Below, one piece after another: positions 11,184 through 21,435 of a stretch of DNA of 64,000 bases. Made by a program: the position numbers and the translations under genes. Within the stretch, counting starts at the first letter, position 1; every line of letters starts with the position of its first letter. Location of the stretch: positions 7,518 to 71,517 of the IMG/VR virus record IMGVR_UViG_3300042301_003774; one strand, written 5' to 3'. Source of the stretch: a virus. A model generated the notes under the pieces. That model was not told the DNA's origin and did no database searches. It worked only from the letters and a program-made list of their open reading frames with translations.

Positions 11184-12658
11184 AAATAATAGAAATTGGT
11201 GTTTGTTTAGACAATCAAGATCCTAGGGGATTTGGTAGAATTAGGGCTAAAAATATTGACGAACAAGATAGCGCTAGGGAAAACGCCGTACCCAATTGGG
11301 ACAATTGGTCTAAAGACGATCCATTTATTTATACACCGTTTCTACCAAATCACATCAATATAATTCCTAAAATAGGTCAATCAGTAAAAATTATTAGATA
11401 TGACAATGAGAAAGATTTACAAAATCAGGAATATGTTGCCGGTCCATTTACAACACCACATGACTATGGTGGACAATTAAGTGAGGTACAATTAACCGAA
11501 ACCACATTTGGCCAGAGAAGTGAAAAAACTCCAGATATTAAATCTTTTATAAGTAATAAAAAAACATTTAGTGAGGGGTTTATTAGAGCTGAGTCTGTTG
11601 GTGCTATCCCAAGAATTGAAGATATAGCTATTAGTGGTAACTATGGTTCAGACGTAATACTTACTGAACATGGTGTACAATTAAGAGCTGGTAAACTTAT
11701 TGATAAATTTACCGCTAATGCGAAACAAAAGGAAGACCTATCAAAATACCCATTTTATTCTAAAAAACATTCAAAGATTTCCTTAAAAAAATTCTCAGAA
11801 ACAGTTGTTTTAGACCAAAAACTTGTAGAAAATTCTATTCTTACCAGAGCGGATATCAAACATCTTTTTGAATATAAATTGGACAACGTCGAAACGCCAA
11901 CAGAATTAACATATTATATCTATTCAATAAAACAAAGTTTTGGTGAAAAATATAAAACTGATGTTTTCGGTGCTGACACACAATTAGACGCTAACACATC
12001 TGAACTAATATATCAAGAAACCGTTACCCTTGAGGGTGATGATAAGTTTCAGGAAGCATACATTTTAGTTAGAGATTTTATTTCAAGGTTAGATAGGGAA
12101 AAATTAAAAAGTATTGAACCATCACTTAAAGACATTTATTGCCACCCATTCTATTTTAGACCAACAAGTGATTTTAGGTCTTCTAGCAATTCTGGTGAGT
12201 TTTTAAAAAAAATAACTTATTATGATAGAATATCTTATGGGTTAGTTTTCAGTGATTCGTTGATAGACGTACCAAGAAAAACCGAGATTAAAACTATACC
12301 GTATCTTAAAAAGATAAGTGATGTTGATCAAACTTTTGCGGCAATTACCGCTGACAATGTTTTATATTTATCAACAAATAATCCGGGGGTAGATGGTAAA
12401 CAAATCGATTTTTCTTCTTTAAATAGATATGAGTATACTCAAGAAGATTATTTACAGAGAATTGTGCCTAATACGTTTGCCACCGTTAGAGGTGAAAAAC
12501 TAGTAGAAATATTAGAATTAATAACCGTAATTCTATTAAATCACAAACATGGTATCTTAACCGAACCAAAATACTTTCAATCCGCAATGGACTCGTTAAA
12601 AAGGCTTATTGAGCGATCAAAGCAAGACATGTTAAATAATTCGATTAGAATAAATTAA
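11180..12658 (+). CDS. baseplate hub/spike protein, gp5 N-terminal OB-fold-like
   Basis: GVCLDNQDPRGFGRIRA and IPKIGQSV match the gp5/VgrG OB-fold pattern. Confidence 0.6.
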   Translation: MKIIEIGVCLDNQDPRGFGRIRAKNIDEQDSARENAVPNWDNWSKDDPFIYTPFLPNHINIIPKIGQSVKIIRYDNEKDLQNQEYVAGPFTTPHDYGGQLSEVQLTETTFGQRSEKTPDIKSFISNKKTFSEGFIRAESVGAIPRIEDIAISGNYGSDVILTEHGVQLRAGKLIDKFTANAKQKEDLSKYPFYSKKHSKISLKKFSETVVLDQKLVENSILTRADIKHLFEYKLDNVETPTELTYYIYSIKQSFGEKYKTDVFGADTQLDANTSELIYQETVTLEGDDKFQEAYILVRDFISRLDREKLKSIEPSLKDIYCHPFYFRPTSDFRSSSNSGEFLKKITYYDRISYGLVFSDSLIDVPRKTEIKTIPYLKKISDVDQTFAAITADNVLYLSTNNPGVDGKQIDFSSLNRYEYTQEDYLQRIVPNTFATVRGEKLVEILELITVILLNHKHGILTEPKYFQSAMDSLKRLIERSKQDMLNNSIRIN

Positions 12659-12681
12659 TGTGATATTTATTAAATAAAAAG

Positions 12682-14052
12682 ATGTCATATTTTCGTTCAT
12701 ATTTTGAAAAAAATAACACAATTCTAAAGGATTCACAGGTAAACACAGCCAAGAACCCAAATACGGAGTTAATATATGGTTCAACCTTTTCTAAATTTAT
12801 TTTTAAGGTTGATTTCACCGATTTGATAGAAAAAGTCAACAACGGTGATTATGTCTTAGATGAAAATACCAGACACTACTTAAAACTAACAAACACCATT
12901 TTTGGCGACGAAACCTTACTTAAACAAAAAAATGGTAAAGGTAGAGACAGAACTAGTTCATTTGATTTAATTGTATTTAAAATAAATGAATTCTGGGACG
13001 AGGGTGTTGGTTTTGATTATGAAGATGGGGTATTTGATTTCACAAGTGGAAATAACACTTTTGACGAAAGAGCTTCCAATTGGTTCAATAGAACAACTTT
13101 AAATACGTGGTCTAGTGATGGTATATATGCCAATACACCTGAAATTATTGAAACAATTCATTTTGATAATGGTAATGAAGACCTTGTTGCCAATATAACT
13201 GATTATGTTAATGGTATTATAAACGGAAGCCCTAACCACGGGTTAGGTGTTGCCTTTGCTGTTTTGTATCAAGATATTGAGAGTGAAGTTGATCAATCAG
13301 TTGCATTTTTCACAAAATATACCCAAACCTTTTTTGAACCATACGTTGAAACAGTTTTTGACGATAAGATTGAAGATAATAGACAGAACTTCATCGAAAA
13401 AACTGATCAAAACTTATTTTTGTATGTAACAAAGGGTACAAATTTCTATGATTTAGATACGTTACCTACTGTTGACATAAAAGACGCTTCAGGGAATGTG
13501 TTATTTGGCTTAGGAGACCTTTTAACGACCAAAATTAGAAAAGGGGTATATCGTGTCACCTTTGGATTAGACGGCGTCCTATGCGACGGAAAACGCTTCT
13601 ATTACGATGTTTGGAAAGGGTTATCCTTAGATGGTGTTGAAATATCAAATGTTACACAAAAATTCGTACCAAAACCATATTCATCTAAGTTCACAGTAGG
13701 TGAAAATCAAAAAGAATTAGAAAGATATTCCATTCAATTTTACGGGATAAAATTAAACGAAAAAATAAAAAGAGGTGAAGTAAGAAAAGTTGTTATTTCG
13801 TTTAGATCAATTGATGTACCCAAAACAGAATTATTTGAAGAGGTTTTTTATAGAATATACATTAAAGAAGGTAGAACGAATGTAAATATATTTGATTGGA
13901 CTCAGCTAGATGTTACAAATGAAAATTCATTTATGTTTGATACATCTATATTAATTCCTAGGGAATATTTCCTTGAAATCAAGGGGAAAACACATAATGA
14001 GTTTATTTATTATAATAACGAAATAAAATTCGAATTAGTATCTGAAAAATAA
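12682..14052 (+). CDS. putative virion structural protein
   Basis: 456-aa beta-rich ORF preceded by TATTTAT. Confidence 0.5.
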   Translation: MSYFRSYFEKNNTILKDSQVNTAKNPNTELIYGSTFSKFIFKVDFTDLIEKVNNGDYVLDENTRHYLKLTNTIFGDETLLKQKNGKGRDRTSSFDLIVFKINEFWDEGVGFDYEDGVFDFTSGNNTFDERASNWFNRTTLNTWSSDGIYANTPEIIETIHFDNGNEDLVANITDYVNGIINGSPNHGLGVAFAVLYQDIESEVDQSVAFFTKYTQTFFEPYVETVFDDKIEDNRQNFIEKTDQNLFLYVTKGTNFYDLDTLPTVDIKDASGNVLFGLGDLLTTKIRKGVYRVTFGLDGVLCDGKRFYYDVWKGLSLDGVEISNVTQKFVPKPYSSKFTVGENQKELERYSIQFYGIKLNEKIKRGEVRKVVISFRSIDVPKTELFEEVFYRIYIKEGRTNVNIFDWTQLDVTNENSFMFDTSILIPREYFLEIKGKTHNEFIYYNNEIKFELVSEK

Positions 14053-14057
14053 TTAAA

Positions 14058-14507
14058 ATGAAAACTTTAACTGAAATCATCAAAAAGCACATAAACACCC
14101 TAAAAGAAGAAAGTGAAAATAGTATTACCGATAACGGTACATACATGGTGTTACAAAATCTAACGCAAATTAAGGATGATATTGAAACAATCCTTTCATT
14201 TAAATTCCATCCAGAATTTCCAAAGTTAGTAACTGGAGATCATGCTTGGGCCGGAGATCATATTTCCACATCTAAAGACGATGTTGAGGAAGTGGCTAAT
14301 TTCATAAAAGGTATTATGGAAAAAGACCATATAAATGAAGCTAGCACAACATTATGTGCTAGAGGTAAATCTGCCGCAAAATCTAAATTCAAAGTCTATC
14401 CAAGCGCTTATGCTAATGGATATGCCGTACAGGTATGTAAAGGTAAAATAAAAGGGCTTGATGGTAAAAAACATTGCTCAGGGACTTATTGTAAAGGTAA
14501 AAAGTAA
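14058..14507 (+). CDS. hypothetical protein with basic Cys-containing C-terminal module
   Basis: LCARGKSAAKSKFKVYPSAYANGYAVQVCKG module follows an INE motif. Confidence 0.55.
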   Translation: MKTLTEIIKKHINTLKEESENSITDNGTYMVLQNLTQIKDDIETILSFKFHPEFPKLVTGDHAWAGDHISTSKDDVEEVANFIKGIMEKDHINEASTTLCARGKSAAKSKFKVYPSAYANGYAVQVCKGKIKGLDGKKHCSGTYCKGKK

Positions 14508-15281
14508 ATGAAAATCATAGTAAACGAAGAAGATTTAAATTATATTGAAGAATCGATCATCAATGGTGATGTTCTTAAAGAAGATTTAGGTAGATGGTTT
14601 AAAGAAAAATGGGTTGACGTTAGTAAAAAAGTTGATGGTAAACACCCACCTTGTGGTAGATCATCAGCTAATGGGGAAAAAGGTAGAAAGTCATATCCAA
14701 AATGTAGACCAACTAAAAAAGTCTCTAAAGACACACCTAAGATTGCGTCATCATATGATAAGAAAGAAAAGAAAAATATGACAGCACAAAAAAGACGTGC
14801 TGAAAAAAAGGACCCAAAAATTGGTAAAGGTAATAAACCCACTATGGTAAAATTTGATGAACATCATATTAATTTAAATCAGAAAAAAACTATTATATCA
14901 ATTACTGAAGAACAATTTAAAAGATTGTTTGAATTTAATGAAGATACTACTGTGTTGATATATGAAGATGAATTTGGATCTGTTGAAAATACGGAATTTG
15001 AATATTGTGATATACTACAAGAAGCTGAATATCAAGGACGTAAGGTTCAACTTGGAAAAATCATGCAAGGTGATATTAAAAAGTTTAAAGTGTACGTCAA
15101 GAATGAAAAGGGTAAAGTAGTTAAAGTAAATTTCGGTTTCGGAGGTAAATCTGCGAAGGGGAAAAGAATGGTTATTAAGAAAAATAATCCTAAGAGACGT
15201 AAATCGTTTAGAGCTAGACATAATTGTGCAAATCCAGGCCCACGTTGGAAACCAAGATATTGGGCTTGTAAAACTTGGTAA
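14508..15281 (+). CDS. hypothetical basic two-module protein (putative internal head protein)
   Basis: EDLGRWFKEKWVD..CGR..YPKCRP and EAEYQGRKV...SFRARHNC...YWACKTW modules, each after an L-x-E site. Confidence 0.55.
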   Translation: MKIIVNEEDLNYIEESIINGDVLKEDLGRWFKEKWVDVSKKVDGKHPPCGRSSANGEKGRKSYPKCRPTKKVSKDTPKIASSYDKKEKKNMTAQKRRAEKKDPKIGKGNKPTMVKFDEHHINLNQKKTIISITEEQFKRLFEFNEDTTVLIYEDEFGSVENTEFEYCDILQEAEYQGRKVQLGKIMQGDIKKFKVYVKNEKGKVVKVNFGFGGKSAKGKRMVIKKNNPKRRKSFRARHNCANPGPRWKPRYWACKTW

Positions 15282-15284
15282 TTA

Positions 15285-15782
15285 ATGAAATTATTAGATA
15301 TTATTGAAGGGTGGGACGACGCACCAGATTATGATAGTGGTGAGTACGGGTTTAGAGATTCTTCTTTTGACAAGCAAAAAATCTATATGGATTTATTGGT
15401 TAGTGCCGATGATTTTGCATTACTAAGAAATAAAGAAACCAATGGTTTGTATATAACCTATACTGAAGATATTGATACAGACTATCATCAAGGATATTAT
15501 ACATACGAAGTTGATTCGGATGAAGATGGTCAATATCAATATGCCGAATTTTCTGATGATATTGAAATAACTGATGAAAGTATTGAATTATTTACACAAC
15601 ATCAAATACAATCAAATTCAGTTACTGATGATATAGATAAATTTACAGGATTCAATACAAATATTGCGGTTTTATTAATTACAAAAGAAAACAAGAAAGG
15701 TGTATACGAAGAATTTATTGATTTATTTAGAGCTTATTTTGAAGAACCTAAAAAATCAAGTACTTACACAGGGAAAAAATAG
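15285..15782 (+). CDS. hypothetical acidic protein
   Basis: 165-aa ORF. Confidence 0.55.
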   Translation: MKLLDIIEGWDDAPDYDSGEYGFRDSSFDKQKIYMDLLVSADDFALLRNKETNGLYITYTEDIDTDYHQGYYTYEVDSDEDGQYQYAEFSDDIEITDESIELFTQHQIQSNSVTDDIDKFTGFNTNIAVLLITKENKKGVYEEFIDLFRAYFEEPKKSSTYTGKK

Positions 15783-15817
15783 ATCTATTTATTTTAAAAT
15801 AATCTAACATTAAAAAG

Positions 15818-16132
15818 TTATATCAATTTTTGGGGTGCCCAATACCATATACGGTTATCGGAAAATCTATGTAAACTTTTACCTTCTTTCTTTTCAATAA
15901 GTTTACTCATTTGCATAATATGATCTCTATTACGCATATCAATACCAATCACAAACCCAGAATCTTCCTTTATATGTAATGTTTCCCTAAGAGGCTCAAC
16001 ATACTTCCCCTCATCATATAATTTCAACATCCGTATCATTTCGTCCTTCTTCATTTTACATTCAATACTTCTTGAATATATCATTTTCTCAAGGACATCT
16101 AATCTTAACTTACTGTAATCTACTTCAGACAT
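15818..16132 (-). CDS. hypothetical protein
   Basis: 104-aa ORF filling the gap between operons. Confidence 0.55.
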   Translation of the reverse strand: MSEVDYSKLRLDVLEKMIYSRSIECKMKKDEMIRMLKLYDEGKYVEPLRETLHIKEDSGFVIGIDMRNRDHIMQMSKLIEKKEGKSLHRFSDNRIWYWAPQKLI

Positions 16133-16165
16133 ATTTTACAAATATAACAAAAATTAATTAAATAA

Positions 16166-16194
16166 AAAAAGCCCCCGAAAATCGGAGGCTTTTT
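16166..16194. terminator. intrinsic terminator downstream of major capsid gene
   Basis: AAAAAGCCCCCGA-AAA-TCGGAGGCTTTTT hairpin with A/T tracts on both sides. Confidence 0.75.
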
Positions 16195-16212
16195 ATTATT
16201 GATAATTTACTA

Positions 16213-17946
16213 TTATCTTAAAGTATTCATATCGAACGTTTGTAAACCACTTACGTTGATCAAACCAAAGTAACGGTTGTTAACCATTTTCTTTGCGTAT
16301 CTCGTCATGATACCTTTGATAGGTGTCATGTTAAATGGATTGTACATTGTTGGAGTTAATTGTAACGGCACGTAAGGTGCGTAGATATAACCAGCATCCA
16401 ATAATGATTTACCTTTGTGACCGATCAAAATCTTACCAGCTGGTAAATATGGATCACGGAATACTTGGTAACGTCCAGCAAGTGTACCGATTTTTTCGAT
16501 ACCCATGTTGTATTGATCTTGCTCTGGATTAGCGTTTGATACGTGGAAGTACTCTAAATCATCGAATACAGCAGAAACTTCTGAAGAAACTACGATCCAG
16601 TTAGCACCACCTCTCAAAGTAGATTTGTGGATTTGAGCAGAAACCTGGTTGATCTTAGTGATCAATGTTTGGTTCCAGTCTTTTTGAGTGTAACCCATGT
16701 ATGGAGTGTTTCCAGTAGCACCGTATTTCCACTCGTTGTAATCCCACTTAGCAGTCCAAGCAGCACCTTTTCTAAGGTCACGTAAAATTTCACGGTCAAC
16801 CTCAGCAGCGATTTGCTCAGATAATAAAGCTGTTAATTCAGCTTCAGCATCGATATTATGGAAAGCAGAAACGTCTTGTGCCAATTCTGGAGACCAAGAA
16901 GCTCTTAATTTTCTTTCAGTCACAGAAACTGTTACAGAAGCTAAATCAAATGATACTTCACCGATATTATCTTCAAATTCTAAAGTTTCGTATGCTCTAT
17001 AAGTTACTTTGAAGTTAGCTAAAGCTAAGTCGTTAGCGCTAAAGTCAGAACCAGCAAAACCGCTTGTTGTGCTATAGCTTTCTAAATCTACGTTAAGGTA
17101 GATTAAACCTTCTTCATCACAAATATCATGATATCTACTTAAACCACTACCAGATTTTCCACCGTACTCAACAATACCTTTACCATATTTTTGAGTTACA
17201 ACGTTAAAGTTTTTAACACCGTTGTTTGCTGTAGTGTTACCAGTTACTTCAATTTGAAGTGAAGCTAAGAACTCTTCAGTATCCATCATGTTACCGTTAG
17301 CACCAACCATTTTACCTTGTCCGTCTTTTGTGAATCCAGAAAGTACAACGATAACACTAGAAAGTGATGAACCACTTAGTGCTGCTGTTGTAGCTGTTGT
17401 TGCTCCGTTATCAAATGTGATAAAAGCGTGTGGATTAACTTCTTCAGTTGTGTAAGCACCTTTTGAGTAGTCAAATAAACCTTGGTCGTTTGCGTCAGAC
17501 GCTTCGTAAAAACGATCATAAAGGTTCTTTGAACTATCACTGTAACCGTCAGTAGCAGCGGCGCTGTTACCTGGCATACCAAATGGCTGATAGTGTGCAC
17601 CAGCATTTCTGTCTTGAATTTTAGGTACGAAGTAGAACAATTTACCGATTGGTAAGTTCATTGCTTGTACTGAAACGATATCGTTTGCTAATAATTTAGA
17701 AAACACACGACGAATGATAGGGAATACCACTGTCTCAAATGAACCACTAGCATCAGAAACTGCTGCTTCGTTGATTAAGTGTGACGCTTGGTTTTCATAC
17801 AATTGCGCGATGTTATCTCTTTGGTGACCGTCTAGGCCTTCTAGGAATCCTAAGTCATCCCATTTTTTGATGGTATCTTCTTTGATAACTCTAAGGTGTT
17901 TTAACCCGATGTTACCTACCATACCTGATTCTAATAATGCTCCCAT
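16213..17946 (-). CDS. major capsid protein (T4 gp23-like)
   Basis: VSVQAMNLPIGKLFY, RKLRASWSPELAQD..AFHNIDAEAELT.LLSEQIAAEVDREIL, YAPYVPL, P.KGIMTRY. Confidence 0.95.
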   Translation of the reverse strand: MGALLESGMVGNIGLKHLRVIKEDTIKKWDDLGFLEGLDGHQRDNIAQLYENQASHLINEAAVSDASGSFETVVFPIIRRVFSKLLANDIVSVQAMNLPIGKLFYFVPKIQDRNAGAHYQPFGMPGNSAAATDGYSDSSKNLYDRFYEASDANDQGLFDYSKGAYTTEEVNPHAFITFDNGATTATTAALSGSSLSSVIVVLSGFTKDGQGKMVGANGNMMDTEEFLASLQIEVTGNTTANNGVKNFNVVTQKYGKGIVEYGGKSGSGLSRYHDICDEEGLIYLNVDLESYSTTSGFAGSDFSANDLALANFKVTYRAYETLEFEDNIGEVSFDLASVTVSVTERKLRASWSPELAQDVSAFHNIDAEAELTALLSEQIAAEVDREILRDLRKGAAWTAKWDYNEWKYGATGNTPYMGYTQKDWNQTLITKINQVSAQIHKSTLRGGANWIVVSSEVSAVFDDLEYFHVSNANPEQDQYNMGIEKIGTLAGRYQVFRDPYLPAGKILIGHKGKSLLDAGYIYAPYVPLQLTPTMYNPFNMTPIKGIMTRYAKKMVNNRYFGLINVSGLQTFDMNTLR

Positions 17947-17981
17947 TTTTTAGTATTTGTTTTTTTGGTTTTTTTTATTTA

Positions 17982-19166
17982 TTATTTTAATTTACTCATT
18001 AAATCTCTCATTCTTCTAAACTGAGGTGCTTCATATGCTTTTGACTCAGATAACATCTCTTGTGAAGATGATGTAGAAGGTGATGATGAAATTTTACCCG
18101 CCATAGATTCAGTAACTGGTTTTTTAGTTTCTAATTCTGCGCGAATTGATGTAAAAAGATTTTTTGATTCATTTATAGTAGAAACGGTATCAAATCTTTT
18201 CAAAATTTCCAATTTCTCTGTTTTTGTTGTTGAATGCTCTGTGAACAATCTTGTAGCGTGAGCTAAATTAGCGTTGAATACAGCGACTTCATTTAACTTA
18301 TCTTTAAACAACACTAAAGCTTTTTTATACTCTTGGTTTTGTTTTTTCAAAGTTTCAACTTGTTCATTAATTGCACTTGATGATTTTGATTCATTTTTAG
18401 CGCCGGCAGCAAAAAGTTTTTTACTTTTTAAACCAGTTCTTACACCACCGTGTGCGTTCCATTTTGTACGAGCAGCTTCACCCATTTCTTCTTCAGGTGC
18501 TTCTTCTTCGTCATCATCATCGCCTAGGTCAATTTCGTAAACAGTTTCATCTTCTTCAGCCATTTCCTCTTCTTCATACTCTTCAGAAACCTCTTCATCA
18601 TCGGTTTCATCATAAGCATCTTCAGATTCGTCTAGCTTAATGATGTACTCGTCCCCATCATCTGATAGTTCAATGTTGTTACCGTCTTTTTTAACAACGA
18701 TACCATCTTCATCTGACATTGCTTTAAACACTTTAAGAACTTCCTCATCAGAAGCACCTGTCATGTCTAACATGTCGTCGTCACCGGTTGGCATATCCAT
18801 GCCATCCATTGATGGTAAATCATCATCCATTTCTGGTTCTTCCATTTCAGCGTCTTCATCGTCTTCCATTTCTGCAGACTCATCTTCGCCGTCAATATCT
18901 TTTGATGGTTCATCATTTATCGAGGACATTTCATCTTCATCTTCAGCCTCTTCGTCATCCAATTCTGGCTGTTCTGACATATCTTCTTCCTCTTCTGTAG
19001 GATCTACAGCATCAGCTGCTTCTTCCTCTTCTTCTGATTCTTTAAGCAAATCGTTTAGTTCTTTCTTCATTACTGATGAAAGTATACCTTTTGCATTTTG
19101 CTTCACTGCTTCTTCAAGTGTATTAACTTGAAGTAACGCTTGTTCTAAAATTGATTTTTCACTCAT
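17982..19166 (-). CDS. prohead core scaffold protein (gp22-like)
   Basis: Very acidic with C-terminal coiled coil; lies between protease and capsid genes. Confidence 0.75.
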   Translation of the reverse strand: MSEKSILEQALLQVNTLEEAVKQNAKGILSSVMKKELNDLLKESEEEEEAADAVDPTEEEEDMSEQPELDDEEAEDEDEMSSINDEPSKDIDGEDESAEMEDDEDAEMEEPEMDDDLPSMDGMDMPTGDDDMLDMTGASDEEVLKVFKAMSDEDGIVVKKDGNNIELSDDGDEYIIKLDESEDAYDETDDEEVSEEYEEEEMAEEDETVYEIDLGDDDDEEEAPEEEMGEAARTKWNAHGGVRTGLKSKKLFAAGAKNESKSSSAINEQVETLKKQNQEYKKALVLFKDKLNEVAVFNANLAHATRLFTEHSTTKTEKLEILKRFDTVSTINESKNLFTSIRAELETKKPVTESMAGKISSSPSTSSSQEMLSESKAYEAPQFRRMRDLMSKLK

Positions 19167-19257
19167 TTGTGTTATTTTATTTCTATATAAATATACGTAT
19201 AATTAAAAAAATCTCATTTATCATATACTGAAATGAGATATTTTTAATATTTTTATT

Positions 19258-19947
19258 TTATTTGTTTAAAAATTTGTCTAGTCCACCCATCAATTTCTTC
19301 ATCCTATCGTCAACAAGAGGTTTTTCTTCAATAGTTTCGTTAAATTTATCTTTATCGCCAATGTCTTGAAAAACATACGCACCAGGTGTTGATGGTGAAG
19401 AAACTAAGTCAAAACAAACTAATTCAAAATCATCTTGTACGATGTTTTGACCTTTAACTTGTTTTAACGATCCAACACCTCTAGATGAAATACCTAGAGT
19501 AACTCCGTTAATAAGTAACATAGCTGCTTGGTCTCCCTTACAACTAACGATACCCATTTTTCTAAATCCTGGTGATGTTAATAGTTTGATTTTACCCATT
19601 AAGGTTTTACCATCCCACCATGTTTCTTCAATGGTGTGAGATACCCTATCTAAGTCAATAAGTGATGACGATGGGTGATTCAGCTCGTTTAGCGCTGAAC
19701 CTTTTTTCATTATTTCTTGATACTTCTGGTCTTCCCTTTTTAATAAACTCTGAGGATAGATTCTACCGTTTTTATTTGGGGTATCATATTTCTGTAAAAC
19801 AGCGTACAAAATAAAGTCCTGATCGGTATCTTTATTTTGTATTTCTGTTATTACATTTTTGTTATTTAAATCACCGGGAGAAATATGACCAGCATCATAT
19901 TCAATTAAAATTCCCTTCCCGGTTTCATTAGGTCCTAATACTTTCAT
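19258..19947 (-). CDS. prohead protease (T4 gp21-like)
   Basis: NKNGRIYP, ELNHP, VSH, GISSRGVGS, DLVSSPSTPGA motifs. Confidence 0.92.
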   Translation of the reverse strand: MKVLGPNETGKGILIEYDAGHISPGDLNNKNVITEIQNKDTDQDFILYAVLQKYDTPNKNGRIYPQSLLKREDQKYQEIMKKGSALNELNHPSSSLIDLDRVSHTIEETWWDGKTLMGKIKLLTSPGFRKMGIVSCKGDQAAMLLINGVTLGISSRGVGSLKQVKGQNIVQDDFELVCFDLVSSPSTPGAYVFQDIGDKDKFNETIEEKPLVDDRMKKLMGGLDKFLNK

Positions 19948-19990
19948 TTAGATATATTAATATATTGTATAAATACATCTAAAATTCAAA

Positions 19991-20419
19991 TTATAACTTA
20001 GTTTTATTGAAATTAAATAAACTTTCGTTTTTTAAACACGAATCAACCATACTATTAGTTAAGGTTTTCATCATATTTTTGGTTTCAATAGATTTAACAT
20101 CAAAATGTTTTGCAACAAAAAGAGTTATTTCCAAATTCATAAATGATCTTTTATTTAACTTGATTCCTTTAGTTCTTATATCTAAATCAACAATAGATTC
20201 TTTTTTGAATAAATCATTTAGATCTGATATTCTTATTAATTCCTTTATTTCACGCCTAGACTTTGATATGATCTTATCAAAGTTACTTTCTTCTGAATCT
20301 GGTTTAACCCAAGCGTTTAATTTAATATAAACAGTTTTTAGATTTTTAAAATCTACGGTACCATAACCCACTTTAATTTCCTTGTAATCACCCAAAGGAA
20401 TAAATTTTCCAATTTTCAT
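19991..20419 (-). CDS. hypothetical protein
   Basis: 142-aa ORF in head module. Confidence 0.55.
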   Translation of the reverse strand: MKIGKFIPLGDYKEIKVGYGTVDFKNLKTVYIKLNAWVKPDSEESNFDKIISKSRREIKELIRISDLNDLFKKESIVDLDIRTKGIKLNKRSFMNLEITLFVAKHFDVKSIETKNMMKTLTNSMVDSCLKNESLFNFNKTKL

Positions 20420-20513
20420 TAACTTTTTACATAATTTTATATATATTATGGTGTAAGTATAATATACTTGTTTTTTCTTAAAAAAACAAATAATCTAAAA
20501 TAAATTTTTAATT

Positions 20514-20699
20514 ATGTTAATGATTGATGTGAATAAAGGGATCGAAATCGCTTTAAAACAATATAAGAATAAAGTACGTGATGTAAAACAAATTCAGGAG
20601 TTAAGAAAAAGACAGGAATTTGTGAAACCGTCTGTGATAAAAAGAGCGGAAATATTAAAAGCTAAGTATATTCAGGGGATAAAAGATAGTCTTGATTAA
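20514..20699 (+). CDS. rpsU: phage-encoded 30S ribosomal protein bS21
   Basis: IEIALKQYKNKV......ELRKRQEFVKPSV.KR matches bS21, Bacteroidota-like. Confidence 0.85.
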   Translation: MLMIDVNKGIEIALKQYKNKVRDVKQIQELRKRQEFVKPSVIKRAEILKAKYIQGIKDSLD

Positions 20700-21433
20700 T
20701 CAAGACCATCCTTTAACTGCTTTAATCTATAATAGTTGTATTTTGATGTTTCCATAGAGTTAACCTCTAGAACAACGTTGTTTAACTTACCGGATAAGTC
20801 ACTATCAGTTTCTTCACTAAGAATATTATTAACCTTAGATAAAACTGTTTCTTTTAAATCAGAAATACTACCATTTAAGTCGTCATCAGACATAGATAAA
20901 ATGGTTTTCAATTCTTCTTTTTGTTCTTCATTTAGATTCTGTGAATAAAGGGCGTTAAAATTATTTGCTAAAACGGAATACAATAAATTTTCGTTATTTG
21001 TATAATCAACACCTTCTTCTAATTTAACATCTTTCTTTTTTGTTAAATGTTCAACTAATTTTTTCTTAGCAATAACTTTTTTATCTAAATTACTTAAATT
21101 ATCATCTTCAGATAATTGGTCTAGATATGAGTATAATTCGTGCGTGTCAACATCTATTGTTTTTAGACTTTCGTTTAACTCCTTACAAAACTCGCTAATA
21201 CTTTTAGCTTTATTCTTTAAAATTAAATTCAATTCTTCAACATACAACTTCGCTGTATCCATGTTATCGAAATATTTGTTTTCAATTTCTTCATAAAACA
21301 AATACATTTCTTTAAAATCTTTATTTGAAACTATCTTACTTAGGATAGTTTTCATTTCAGATTTATCGTTTGTACTAAACGATTCTGTTAATTTTTTTAA
21401 AATCTTACTTTTTACAACCCCAATTTTATTCAT
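20696..21433 (-). CDS. hypothetical head-module protein
   Basis: 245-aa helical ORF directly downstream of portal. Confidence 0.6.
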   Translation of the reverse strand: MNKIGVVKSKILKKLTESFSTNDKSEMKTILSKIVSNKDFKEMYLFYEEIENKYFDNMDTAKLYVEELNLILKNKAKSISEFCKELNESLKTIDVDTHELYSYLDQLSEDDNLSNLDKKVIAKKKLVEHLTKKKDVKLEEGVDYTNNENLLYSVLANNFNALYSQNLNEEQKEELKTILSMSDDDLNGSISDLKETVLSKVNNILSEETDSDLSGKLNNVVLEVNSMETSKYNYYRLKQLKDGLD

Positions 21434-21435
21434 TT

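Noticed and set aside
18274-19131. Ser-rich plus-strand ORFs opposite the scaffold gene (likewise 35852..36373 and 57536..57883)
   Set aside because: Antisense shadows of low-complexity coding sequence
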